NCBI GenBank assembly: GCA_903834925.1
Contig: CAILLA010000305.1
Coordinates: 7,115-71,114, forward strand
Origin: an uncultured Schlesneria sp.
GTDB taxonomy: Bacteria > Planctomycetota > Planctomycetia > Planctomycetales > Planctomycetaceae
DNA: 64,000 bases
Direction of reading: 5' to 3'
The number at the start of each line of letters is the position of its first letter. The stretch's first letter is position 1. Positions 27,937 to 36,745 of the stretch are shown here, piece by piece. The position numbers and the translations under genes were made by a program. The notes under the pieces were generated by a model, which saw only the letters and a program-made list of their open reading frames with translations, was not told where the DNA came from and made no database searches.

Positions 27937-29201
27937 GGTTTCGAGTCCTCGGAACCATCGGTTTGAGGAACTGGTGGAATCGAGTTTTCTGATTCGATCT
28001 GAACTTTTCGTGCTTGTGCCGCTGCTCGCATCGCGGGCTTCGTGTTGATGTAGTAATTCTCTGTCGTGGCAACAGTGGCATGCCCCAAGAAGTCCTTAAC
28101 CACCACGGTTGGAACTTGATTCGCGATTAACTCTGAAGCACAGGTCGATCGGCAGTTCTTCGGGACGTAGTGTGCATCTTCTGGGATACCAGCCGCTGCT
28201 TGGATTCGATGCCAGTCCTTGTAGAGCTGTCGGTAAGTTTCGTATGGCCAGGGCAATACTGGATCACTTGAACCGTTTTCATCGGATTTAGCTTTCCAAT
28301 CGCTCAGCACCTTCGCCAGTTCTTGAGCCATTGGTACCACTCGTTCCTTCCGACTTTTGGAAGTTGACGCTCGAACTCGAACATCAAGAGTCGTGAAGTT
28401 AACATCATCCCAACTCAGACTGAGAATCTCACCGCGTCTGAAGCCGAGGTAATAGGCAACGTAGAGAAATACTCGCCACCAGTCCGTTGACCTCATCGTC
28501 AGGATTAAATCAGGACTTCTGATTGCCACGATCATTGCCATGAAATCTTCTTGAGGAATGATCGTCGGTTTCTTCCGGTGTTCCTTGATGAAGACGTTTC
28601 CAAATTCTGGAATCTCAGTAACCAACCCTCTTCGTTTTGCCCACTTCATTGCGGCCCGTACATGTCGGAGATCACGGTTTACGGTTGCAGGGGCTACGCC
28701 TTCTTTTAGACGAGCATTCGCAAAATCTTCCAAAGTGCTGAGTTTCACTGATGACAGCTTTTTCACTTTGATCGTGGCTGAAAACATCCGCAAAGCACGT
28801 TCGTAGAAGTCGAGAGTTGTTGCAGGCTTTCTAGCGGCATGTTTCTCAAGAAAATCCTTGGCAAAATCATCCCAAAGGATCTCATTTTCAGATTTCCGTC
28901 CCGCTTCAAGTTCCCGTTCCAGTTGCCTTCGTTTTCCTTCGGCATCCTTTTTCACAGTTGTCCGTGTGGATTTCCATCGTTCCTTCCACTCCGTTCCGTC
29001 CGGGGTCGGTTCCCACCATCTGAGGTACCAAAACGGAGACTTGCCGTTTGGGTGCTTCAGGATTTGGACTTTTCGAACGTTTGGTTCCATCGTTTTCTCA
29101 TGAATGCTGGACTGGAGATTTACCAATCCACCATTCTTCCTTTTGAGCCTTGCCAGTCCCTTTCCGTTTGGAAAGAAATCCGCAAGGACAGTTCTCGCCA
29201 A
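27927..29201 (-). CDS. int: tyrosine-type site-specific integrase
   Basis: LGFRRGEILSLSWDDV (Arg), HYVPKNCRSTCASELI (H..R) and LGHATVATTENYY (His/Tyr). It sits next to the tRNA. An alternative start at 29090 (MEPNVRK) is possible. Confidence 0.9.
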   Translation of the reverse strand: MARTVLADFFPNGKGLARLKRKNGGLVNLQSSIHEKTMEPNVRKVQILKHPNGKSPFWYLRWWEPTPDGTEWKERWKSTRTTVKKDAEGKRRQLERELEAGRKSENEILWDDFAKDFLEKHAARKPATTLDFYERALRMFSATIKVKKLSSVKLSTLEDFANARLKEGVAPATVNRDLRHVRAAMKWAKRRGLVTEIPEFGNVFIKEHRKKPTIIPQEDFMAMIVAIRSPDLILTMRSTDWWRVFLYVAYYLGFRRGEILSLSWDDVNFTTLDVRVRASTSKSRKERVVPMAQELAKVLSDWKAKSDENGSSDPVLPWPYETYRQLYKDWHRIQAAAGIPEDAHYVPKNCRSTCASELIANQVPTVVVKDFLGHATVATTENYYINTKPAMRAAAQARKVQIESENSIPPVPQTDGSEDSKPKM

Positions 29202-29482
29202 ACAACTTCATCCTCTACCCGAACAAGGCGAGCTTTCCCGTTGAATGATCGGATCAATTCTTCGACCGGATTTTTCAACCAGTTTTGAAGTGGAGGCTAA
29301 GCGTCATTCGCCAGTAGGGAAGTGACGGAAAGGAACTGTCCGTGTAGACTGATTCGCGTTCTTAAGACAAATTTCCAAAGGGAGAAATTGCGTTTACCCA
29401 GGTCTCTGTGTTTTGAGGCCTGATTGACATTTTGATAGACGCGTGAGCGTCAACGACTGCTTCCAGACGAAACCGCCAACCT

Positions 29483-29632
29483 GGACCGGCCTCCGGTCCT
29501 TGTATCTAGCAGAAGCAGAACTTGAAGCCACGCCCCCGAAAGGGGGCGTCGGCCAGGTTCTGTTCTGCTTGCCCCTTGGCGGGGGCCGTCTGGAGCGGGC
29601 TTGTGTCGGCGTCCCTTTTTCTTTTGAACGCC
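29483..29632. other. cluster of stable hairpins in a divergent intergenic region (candidate ncRNA or structured leader)
   Basis: GGACCGG-CCT-CCGGTCC. A long stem AGCAGAAGCAGAAC/GTTCTGTTCTGCT encloses ACGCCCCC-GAAA-GGGGGCGT. GCCCC-TTGGC-GGGGC follows. Confidence 0.3.
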
Positions 29633-29732
29633 TACCCGCTCACTTCCATCAGATTACCTGCTGTCCCACTATTGCCGGTACTCATCTGTAAGGTTGAAAC
29701 GTGTCCATTTCCATTGAAGAAAGGTCCGTTTC

Positions 29733-30788
29733 ATGCCGAATAACACATCCCCAGAGAATTCACCGTTTCGATCTTGGTTCCGCAATTGTCTGGGATCACT
29801 TCCTGGAAGAACTTTGGAATGGCCGTACCTGGTCCGGCAGATTCTTGCTGAGGAACTCCAGAGCCTGAGGACTTCTGATCAATACTATGGAGGGTCGGTC
29901 TTTCGAAACCGTGACGATCGTGTTCACGAGCATCGGACGCGTGCATCTGAAGATGAGGAGATACTGGTCTATAAGCTCTACAACGATGTACATGAGAACC
30001 GTCAGGGAATCTTGACCGTCGGGGACATGCCCGTCTGGTTGTTCACTTTGCAGGTTCCAAACCAGGGAAAGCGGCTTTCTTCCCAAACAAAAGGGCGAAG
30101 AGCCGACCTTCTGGGCCTCAAGCAGGACGGATCACTGGTCCTATTTGAGGTCAAGGGACCACGGAATGGACAAGACAGTCCTCTTTATGGCATTTTAGAA
30201 GGGCTTGATTACCTCGGCTGCCTTTTGACACCTCGAAACCTGTCTAAGCTTGACGATGGATTACAAGAATGGATTATGGACCAAGATCGTAAAGAGCCGG
30301 TCACAAGTCGATTCTCGTCCAAGATTCCTGATTGGCCAAAGTTATCTATTGATCCTCAGGGTAACCACAGCGTCATTGTTCTGGCCCCTAAATCGTACTT
30401 CGATCTCCATCTGACTGATTCAAATGGCCGACCACAAGAGTGGTGGTTGCTGTCTGATCGTTCGTCAAACATAGCTGAGTCTGAACCACGAATCAGCTTA
30501 AGGTTTGCTTGGATCGACTTTGAACGTGTCACGGCAGAGTGGTTTGATCCGACTATCGCACCACTAGATTCTCCTCAGAGCACTAAGGACCATGTTGGCC
30601 CTGAAGCTGTCGTTCATCCCGTTCCGTTACCGCGTAACCTGATTTGGTCCGACGGTAAAAATGACATCCCGGTGACTAAAGTCCGTTATGGGAAGAAACA
30701 CACACGGATTCAACCCTCGGACGGTCCGCCCATTCTTGTCAAAACCAACCAGCTTCGACCAGCTCCACCAATTGATCCTGTTTTGTAA
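29733..30788 (+). CDS. hypothetical protein with a PD-(D/E)xK nuclease-like core (Shedu/DUF4263-like?)
   Basis: GRRADLLGLKQDGSLVLFEVKGPRN gives a D...E-x-K pattern. This is the only plus-strand gene in the island. Confidence 0.55.
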   Translation: MPNNTSPENSPFRSWFRNCLGSLPGRTLEWPYLVRQILAEELQSLRTSDQYYGGSVFRNRDDRVHEHRTRASEDEEILVYKLYNDVHENRQGILTVGDMPVWLFTLQVPNQGKRLSSQTKGRRADLLGLKQDGSLVLFEVKGPRNGQDSPLYGILEGLDYLGCLLTPRNLSKLDDGLQEWIMDQDRKEPVTSRFSSKIPDWPKLSIDPQGNHSVIVLAPKSYFDLHLTDSNGRPQEWWLLSDRSSNIAESEPRISLRFAWIDFERVTAEWFDPTIAPLDSPQSTKDHVGPEAVVHPVPLPRNLIWSDGKNDIPVTKVRYGKKHTRIQPSDGPPILVKTNQLRPAPPIDPVL

Positions 30789-30814
30789 CTCCTGACACAC
30801 ACTCTCATTGCTTG

Positions 30815-32119
30815 TCAGGCCAGCGGGAACGACTCACCGTCGTTCAGCAGCTTCACGTTTGGGATGACGTTAGCGAACCGTTCCGCTTCAAATGTGTGAA
30901 TTGGAATCACCGTTTTTGCTTTGATTGCTTTAACCAGAGTCTTGATGTCATCAGCGTAAATGTGCCCGCTGGTGTGGACTTCGATCAGGTCACCGTTTAC
31001 TTGATCGAGCTTTGCCTTCGTGTTTTGCCATTCCTTTTGTTCCAGGTAGCCGGACCAACGGGAGTAGAGGCACCTGCTGCCGTCCGGTAGTTTTCCGTTG
31101 AAGTCGCTGTCCAACATCGATGGCCTAAAGAGCATCACATACTTTGATGGATCTGATCGGATTTCCTCGACCCCAATACTGGCCGGGTTCATAAAAGTGA
31201 AAAACGTTTTCATTCCTTTTCTCTCGTAACTCTCCAGGAAGAATTTTGGGAAGAATACCTTCACCCATTCTGTTGACTCCGGCTTGGGTATGGACGTCTC
31301 TGTGGCTATTAGACGCATCACGAAAGCGGTGTAGGCATCGGCAACAAAAACTTTTCCCGACTTCTTGGTTGCCCTAAGAAACCCCACCAAACGGTCAACG
31401 TGTTGAGGCGAAAAAGAAGCCAGAATAAGTCCTGGTGCAGATTTGATGAGACCCGTGATCTCTTCCTCCAGTTCGTACTCGTTTGAACCCTTGTATTCCG
31501 TGTGTCCGATGTGAGTCCCTTCCATCAACAACACGTCGAGTTTCTTTATCGAGACCTTCTCGATCAGGGATCTGTGCATCCCTGGTTTCCGACCATGCAT
31601 TCGCAGATCACCGGAATAAAGAACCGTCTTACCTTCCGCTTCCACCAGAAAGGCTTGAGCCCCGAAGATTGAATGATCTACGGAGTAGGCCGTCAATTTG
31701 AAGTCACCAATTTGAACAGGCTCGTCTGAATTGATTTCGTGATATCGTGACCGGGGTAAAGTTGGTTGAAGGGCAAACTTTTCTCCAGCCTTCATCATCT
31801 TGCTGGTTCCTTTGCTTGCGTAAACCGGAATCTCAGCTTCAGAGTGCCTGATCAGACCCGTATGGTCTTCATGAGCGTGAGATAAGAGGATCGCGTCAGG
31901 TTGTTGTCCTTCCACAAACAGCCCAGGTATTTTGGGAAGGATTCCCATGTCAAGAAGTTCTTGTTTTGACTTCCTCTTCAGGTTGGCCGTGTCGTAGGGT
32001 TCCCCTTCGGATTTGAACAGGGGCATCCCCACATCGAGGATGATCCGACTGTTGCCTGCGGTGATCTCGATACAGTTCCCTCCAATCTCATGTGTTCCCC
32101 GATGAATTGTGATTCGCAT
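30815..32119 (-). CDS. MBL-fold metallo-hydrolase, beta-CASP/RNase J-like
   Basis: LLSHAHEDHTGL (HxHxDH), later TVLYSGDLRMHG and EVHTSGHIYADD motifs. The length and order fit a beta-CASP nuclease. Confidence 0.75.
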   Translation of the reverse strand: MRITIHRGTHEIGGNCIEITAGNSRIILDVGMPLFKSEGEPYDTANLKRKSKQELLDMGILPKIPGLFVEGQQPDAILLSHAHEDHTGLIRHSEAEIPVYASKGTSKMMKAGEKFALQPTLPRSRYHEINSDEPVQIGDFKLTAYSVDHSIFGAQAFLVEAEGKTVLYSGDLRMHGRKPGMHRSLIEKVSIKKLDVLLMEGTHIGHTEYKGSNEYELEEEITGLIKSAPGLILASFSPQHVDRLVGFLRATKKSGKVFVADAYTAFVMRLIATETSIPKPESTEWVKVFFPKFFLESYERKGMKTFFTFMNPASIGVEEIRSDPSKYVMLFRPSMLDSDFNGKLPDGSRCLYSRWSGYLEQKEWQNTKAKLDQVNGDLIEVHTSGHIYADDIKTLVKAIKAKTVIPIHTFEAERFANVIPNVKLLNDGESFPLA

Positions 32120-32204
32120 CTTTTGATCCGGTCTGTCTGCTGATCTAGTGGCCCGAGGCTAGAGTATTGCTGCTATCCAAGTGGATAACGAGGATGATCT
32201 TGGA

Positions 32205-32603
32205 TCAACCTTGTCGCTTCCGTGTCAGGTTCTTCTGATTTCGAATGATCTCATTGTTCTGCATGATTTGGGTAAATTGAAGTAACTCATTTTCCCTGGC
32301 TGCATTGATGATTGCCTGTTCTTCTGGGCTTTTGCTTCTCCACTCGAACATGACTCTGTTGTGGTCTTTTTCAAGTTGCTCGTTGGTCTCGCCGTCATAC
32401 CAGGGGGTTTGAAGGATCGTTAAACCAAACAAGAACGTTAGGACCGTGCAGAAGATGCCAATGTATAGACCCCAGTTTTCCATGAACCACACCAGATCGG
32501 TGTGTTTATGCCGTCCGGCGTACATATAAGCGGTGGTCATGGCGACCATTCCCGTCATCCCCATGATGTGACCGAGCGTATAGACTTTAGGTTGAAAGCT
32601 CAT
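32205..32603 (-). CDS. small membrane protein
   Basis: 132-aa ORF with two or three hydrophobic helices and a polar C-terminal tail, directly upstream of the MBL gene. Confidence 0.5.
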   Translation of the reverse strand: MSFQPKVYTLGHIMGMTGMVAMTTAYMYAGRHKHTDLVWFMENWGLYIGIFCTVLTFLFGLTILQTPWYDGETNEQLEKDHNRVMFEWRSKSPEEQAIINAARENELLQFTQIMQNNEIIRNQKNLTRKRQG

Positions 32604-33079
32604 GATCGACTGTGCTCCTTGGAAGAGTGTTGGTTACCATTTGGACCGACGCAAAAAAAGTTCCACCAGTCCAGGTTGTTAAACTTTTTCAGGGCCTCTC
32701 CTGTCGCCAACTCCTGGAACGGGGCATTGAAATGTCCGACGTTGTGCGAAGTCAGGTGACGGAACCGATCAGCACAAAAAGCAGACTCCCGGAGAGCCTT
32801 GGTTGTTTCTTGGCTTATTGTCGGCCATCACCCCTGATTTGTTGGTCGGGCCTGCTTGGTGGATCACAATGATTCACGGCAGGTTGCCAACGGGATTGCA
32901 CCGACTAGCCGCCCCTCAGCGGGGTGTGCCTCTCTCCGGGAGTCATACTTCATTAAGAATACTGGATGGTCTCGGCAACTGTGGGTCAAACCCGAAATGA
33001 CCCCGACCAAATTCTTCTTGAGTCTAGTTTGTAGACTAAGGAACCGGATGTTTTCTCCGGCTTGAACCGGTGCTGGAAC

Positions 33080-33484
33080 TCAGTGCCGTTCGGTGACATA
33101 CCAACGCTTTTCAGAAGTGTTCCACGTCAGTAAGTATGTCGTGATATTCGTCATCGGTCTGCCGGTTTTTGACTTCCATTCGATGGCAACATTCATTTTG
33201 AAGGCTGGCCACGATCTCCAGTCCTCGGGAAGTTTGTCAGCGTCTTGGCACGCCAGAGAGTCAGGGCTTCCGCTGACGACACTGCGGATGTCGTAGCTGA
33301 TTGGTTCTTTCAGAGCTCCAATTCGAGATTGCATCGTCGAAACTGTGTTTTCCTGACCCGCCATCCACTTTTTAAACTCAGAATCAAAATGAATTCGGGC
33401 AGCGGCCTCAGTCCCTCCCGTATTGGTCGAACATCCAATCAACGAAGTGACCACCAGTATCACCACACATTGCCAACTCTTCAC
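33080..33484 (-). CDS. lipoprotein (hypothetical)
   Basis: MKSWQCVVILVVTSLIGCSTN lipobox signal. Confidence 0.6.
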   Translation of the reverse strand: MKSWQCVVILVVTSLIGCSTNTGGTEAAARIHFDSEFKKWMAGQENTVSTMQSRIGALKEPISYDIRSVVSGSPDSLACQDADKLPEDWRSWPAFKMNVAIEWKSKTGRPMTNITTYLLTWNTSEKRWYVTERH

Positions 33485-33679
33485 GGGACATCCTCCAATT
33501 CAGGGAATTGAAGCCGGGGAGTGATGTCATAGACATCGTAATGCTCCTCGACCTCGCTGTACCTGATACCCAAAGGAGTCCGCACCTGTGGGACGGAGTC
33601 GTTTTTAGCTCATCCCTGTTTTCATTGGCTGGATTAAATTGTTTGAGTGCCAGATTGCAGACGCGTTCAAAAAGGTTGC

Positions 33680-34741
33680 TTATTCCTGGTTCATTTTCAG
33701 GGCTAATTTCAGTTTCTCGATCACCAAATCACGAAGCTTGGATGGTTGAACCACCTTGATTCGGCCTGTCCAGGAAAGAATCCAGCCAAGAATCTCTTCC
33801 AATCCATCCACCTGGAATCTGAGTGTTACACTTCCATCTTTTTGATTTGTCACCGTTTGCGTTTGATGCCAGACAGTTTCCGTAACAACCTTGGCAGCAG
33901 CAGGAGTCACGTTGACTTCGACGTCATATGTCTGATCCCCTCTGAAGACGGCCCATGCATTACCGAAGTAATTTCGAAGACTGAAGTCCTGAGGAACGTT
34001 TGCAGGGTCGTCAAGCATCCGCAGTGTCTTGAATCTGGTGACTCGGTATGTCCGTGGATCGGCTTCATCCACGGGACGTGCGATGATGTACCAAGCATTT
34101 TTGATCAGGCAGAGTCGGTAGGGGTGTAGCCGAAGTTTCACCGGGGAAGCTTCGTACGGACTCTCATACTGACCGGTGATCTGCTTTCCTTTGAGAAGGG
34201 ATAACTGAACTGTTTTGATCACTTCATGGTGACGACTGTGGTCTGCTAGTTTCAGGTCAAGGACAGCCACCAATCGGGAAGCGTCTTCAAAGAGTTGTTG
34301 TGCTTTCTCACCTGATGAAGCAGCAAGTTTTCTTGTTGTGAGTGTTGCTCCCTTGCTGACATCCAGTCCTTGTGTTTGCATCAACGCAGTAGCCACAGTT
34401 TGTCCAAAGACCTCATCGTCAGTCAGGCTCAATACAGGAAATCGAAAATCAGAACGTACTCTGATGGTCTGGTCCGTATGGTCCTTGAAGTATGGGACTC
34501 CAGAGAACTCCAGGACTTCCAGATCCCGGTAGACCGTTCTTTCAGAACATTCAAGTTCTTCAGCGATGGCTTTCGAAGTCCATCTTCCCCGACTTTGGAT
34601 CAGGTTCAAAACTCCTAAAACTCTCGCGATCCTGGCATTCTGTCGTACTCTTCGATCCCGATCGGGCCGTGTGGTAATCGGGTGAGGTTTGCTGGACTTG
34701 TTTCCAGTGGTTTTTGGGACTTTGGTTGCCTTCTTCGTCAT
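33680..34741 (-). CDS. HTH-WYL-WCX transcriptional regulator
   Basis: N-terminal wHTH (RWTSKAIAEELECSERTVYRDLEVLEFSGVPY), a WYL core (KNAWYIIARPVDEADPRTYRVTRFKTL) and a C-terminal LEEILGWILSWTGRIKVVQPSKLRDLV. Confidence 0.85.
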   Translation of the reverse strand: MTKKATKVPKTTGNKSSKPHPITTRPDRDRRVRQNARIARVLGVLNLIQSRGRWTSKAIAEELECSERTVYRDLEVLEFSGVPYFKDHTDQTIRVRSDFRFPVLSLTDDEVFGQTVATALMQTQGLDVSKGATLTTRKLAASSGEKAQQLFEDASRLVAVLDLKLADHSRHHEVIKTVQLSLLKGKQITGQYESPYEASPVKLRLHPYRLCLIKNAWYIIARPVDEADPRTYRVTRFKTLRMLDDPANVPQDFSLRNYFGNAWAVFRGDQTYDVEVNVTPAAAKVVTETVWHQTQTVTNQKDGSVTLRFQVDGLEEILGWILSWTGRIKVVQPSKLRDLVIEKLKLALKMNQE

Positions 34742-35835
34742 GCTGTTTTAGTACCTCGTCGTTGGATGATCTGGAGTTTCCTGGAAAACTCGTTCGGAAA
34801 ATGAGCTTTCAGGAATGCAGCCTGATAGGTCGACACAGCCTCTGCCAAATGATGACTCATGCAGGCGGCTCGTGTTGCCGCATCCCAAATCCTTTCGAAG
34901 AGTCTACTTGCCTCAGGTTCATTAACGCCATTCCCGACAGCCTGGACAATAAACCAATCTTTCGTCGTTGTAGCCTGCTCCCATTGCCGTCTAGCGACTG
35001 CTTTGATGAAGGAATAGGCGTCGGTCATGGGGATGTCTGCTACTCGATTCATGATTAGCATGATTTGTTCTTGAAACAGGATCAGTCCCCGTGTTTCATG
35101 AAGCATCTCTGTAGCACAACAGCCCTCTGACAACTGGCCTTTTCTCTTGGAACCTCGGTAGATGTATTCGTCTAAAATCCCCGCTTCATGAATTTTACCA
35201 AGTTGAATTCCTGTGATCGCAGCAATATCAGTGAGACAGCTTGGCTTTAAAACAGGAAGGAGACTTCGAATTGAGTCTCCTTCACATTGGCTGATTCCTT
35301 CGACATCTCGGGATTGGAGTATTTCAAACGCAGCCGCGTCATTCAAAGGGATTGACGTCAGATCAAAGTCTGAATCTGTTTGTCGGATTTCCTGGGCCAC
35401 AAGGCAGGGTATCGCAGACAGAGAAGTGGACTGCTGGAAATTAACGACATCACAAGAGGCTTCCTCCAGCATTGCTTCGAAGTCTTCTTCAGACCCGTTC
35501 GTATGCGAATTTGCATCAAACCTGAATTTAATGGTTCCAGTAGAATTTGCTTGCAGAAATCGCTCGTAGGGCAACCCGTGCTCTGTTGGATCAACTCCAG
35601 AGAAATTCATCAGATATGAAATCAGTGAACAGCATCCGGCCCCCGTCAGACGGCAGGAAACACCCTGAGCCTTCAGTTGTTGGACTTTCTCGCTTGCATT
35701 TTCAAAAGCACCAATTTGGCCATTTGTCTTCACCGTATCCAGTTCCTGACGTAATCGTTCAGCTACGAAGGGACGGTCCTTGCCGTTGAACATGATCGTC
35801 AAGCGTTCTTGGCAGAGCTGCCGAAGTTGATTCAT
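34738..35835 (-). CDS. truncated DnaE (DNA polymerase III alpha)-like protein, probably catalytically inactive
   Basis: Colinear similarity to internal DnaE segments (GAGCCSLISYLMNFSGVDPTEHGLPYERFL; LFQEQIMLIMNRVA; MSHHLAEAVSTYQAAFLKAHFPNEF). It has no PHP domain and no C-terminal clamp/tau/OB regions. The catalytic PDFDVDF position reads IKFRFDA. Confidence 0.7.
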   Translation of the reverse strand: MNQLRQLCQERLTIMFNGKDRPFVAERLRQELDTVKTNGQIGAFENASEKVQQLKAQGVSCRLTGAGCCSLISYLMNFSGVDPTEHGLPYERFLQANSTGTIKFRFDANSHTNGSEEDFEAMLEEASCDVVNFQQSTSLSAIPCLVAQEIRQTDSDFDLTSIPLNDAAAFEILQSRDVEGISQCEGDSIRSLLPVLKPSCLTDIAAITGIQLGKIHEAGILDEYIYRGSKRKGQLSEGCCATEMLHETRGLILFQEQIMLIMNRVADIPMTDAYSFIKAVARRQWEQATTTKDWFIVQAVGNGVNEPEASRLFERIWDAATRAACMSHHLAEAVSTYQAAFLKAHFPNEFSRKLQIIQRRGTKTA

Positions 35836-35968
35836 GATTCCGTGTTTCCAGTAGCGGTGTGTGTGTCAGTTCGCTTTGGGAGTGTGGATGCTTGGAGCAG
35901 CATCTGTGGGTCAAAGAACTTGGAAGAAATTTGGAGATTGTTCCCATTGGCTTTTAGACCGTGACCAA

Positions 35969-36745
35969 TCAACCATGTCCACGTCCGTTAGTTCCACGGA
36001 GTTGTTGGACTTTGAATTGCAGGTATTCGGCCAGATCATCAACGAGATTCTTCTCTGTCTTGGTGAACCATTTTCGTTGATCTTTCAGAATCTGAACGAT
36101 CCCCTGGTAGCTGAGTTCCCCGATGAATGGCCCCCTTGGGAGACTGCTCAATTTGTCCCCTTGAGGTATAGCTGCTCGTAACCGATCCGGGTTGCGATAC
36201 TCGCGAACCAATGGATTGCCGTCTGATGGCGTTACAAGCATCAGGACGAAGTCTCGGGTTGGAATGTCAAACAGGAGCTTCTCGTCGAACCAACCGTTTT
36301 CCCACAGCCCAACTCGTGCGTTCCTGATGAGTTGATCGGAAGGAAAACCATTTTGTCCGTCGTTATGAATCGTCGTCGCGGATAGAGGAGAACCATATTT
36401 CATCTCGATGAACACCGTTGTTGCCGGGTTCTCCCAGGTAATGACGACGTCGACTTCAGTGAGCCCTTCGTTCCAGTGAAGCTGATGGCGGGGATAGGAC
36501 GGTTGCTTTTGCCAGACATTGATCTTGAGGTTTCGAAAAACTTGTCTTCGGAACCGGTCAGACCCAAGTCCTCGATTGAGGAAATCAGGTAGCCACCATC
36601 TTGGATTGAGGACTTTCAATACTCCAAAAAGTTGTCCCGTAACCACATCTTCACTGGTGGGACGTACAATGAGGGGGCATCGGATTTCACCCTTTCGAGC
36701 TGGTTCACATAGACAACCTCCCTTGCTGTTCAATTCAGTGAGCAT
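35969..36745 (-). CDS. hypothetical protein with a PD-(D/E)xK-like motif
   Basis: Start trimmed to MLTELNSKGG. LTEVDVVITWENPATTVFIEMKYGS gives a D...E-x-K pattern. It overlaps the upstream nuclease gene by 16 nt. Confidence 0.5.
   Translation of the reverse strand: MLTELNSKGGCLCEPARKGEIRCPLIVRPTSEDVVTGQLFGVLKVLNPRWWLPDFLNRGLGSDRFRRQVFRNLKINVWQKQPSYPRHQLHWNEGLTEVDVVITWENPATTVFIEMKYGSPLSATTIHNDGQNGFPSDQLIRNARVGLWENGWFDEKLLFDIPTRDFVLMLVTPSDGNPLVREYRNPDRLRAAIPQGDKLSSLPRGPFIGELSYQGIVQILKDQRKWFTKTEKNLVDDLAEYLQFKVQQLRGTNGRGHG

Noticed and set aside
29483-32944. Retron-like msr/msd explanation for the hairpin cluster and the 13-bp inverted repeat
   Set aside because: No reverse transcriptase ORF is present anywhere in the window, so a retron is unsupported. 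The structures are reported only as unexplained.
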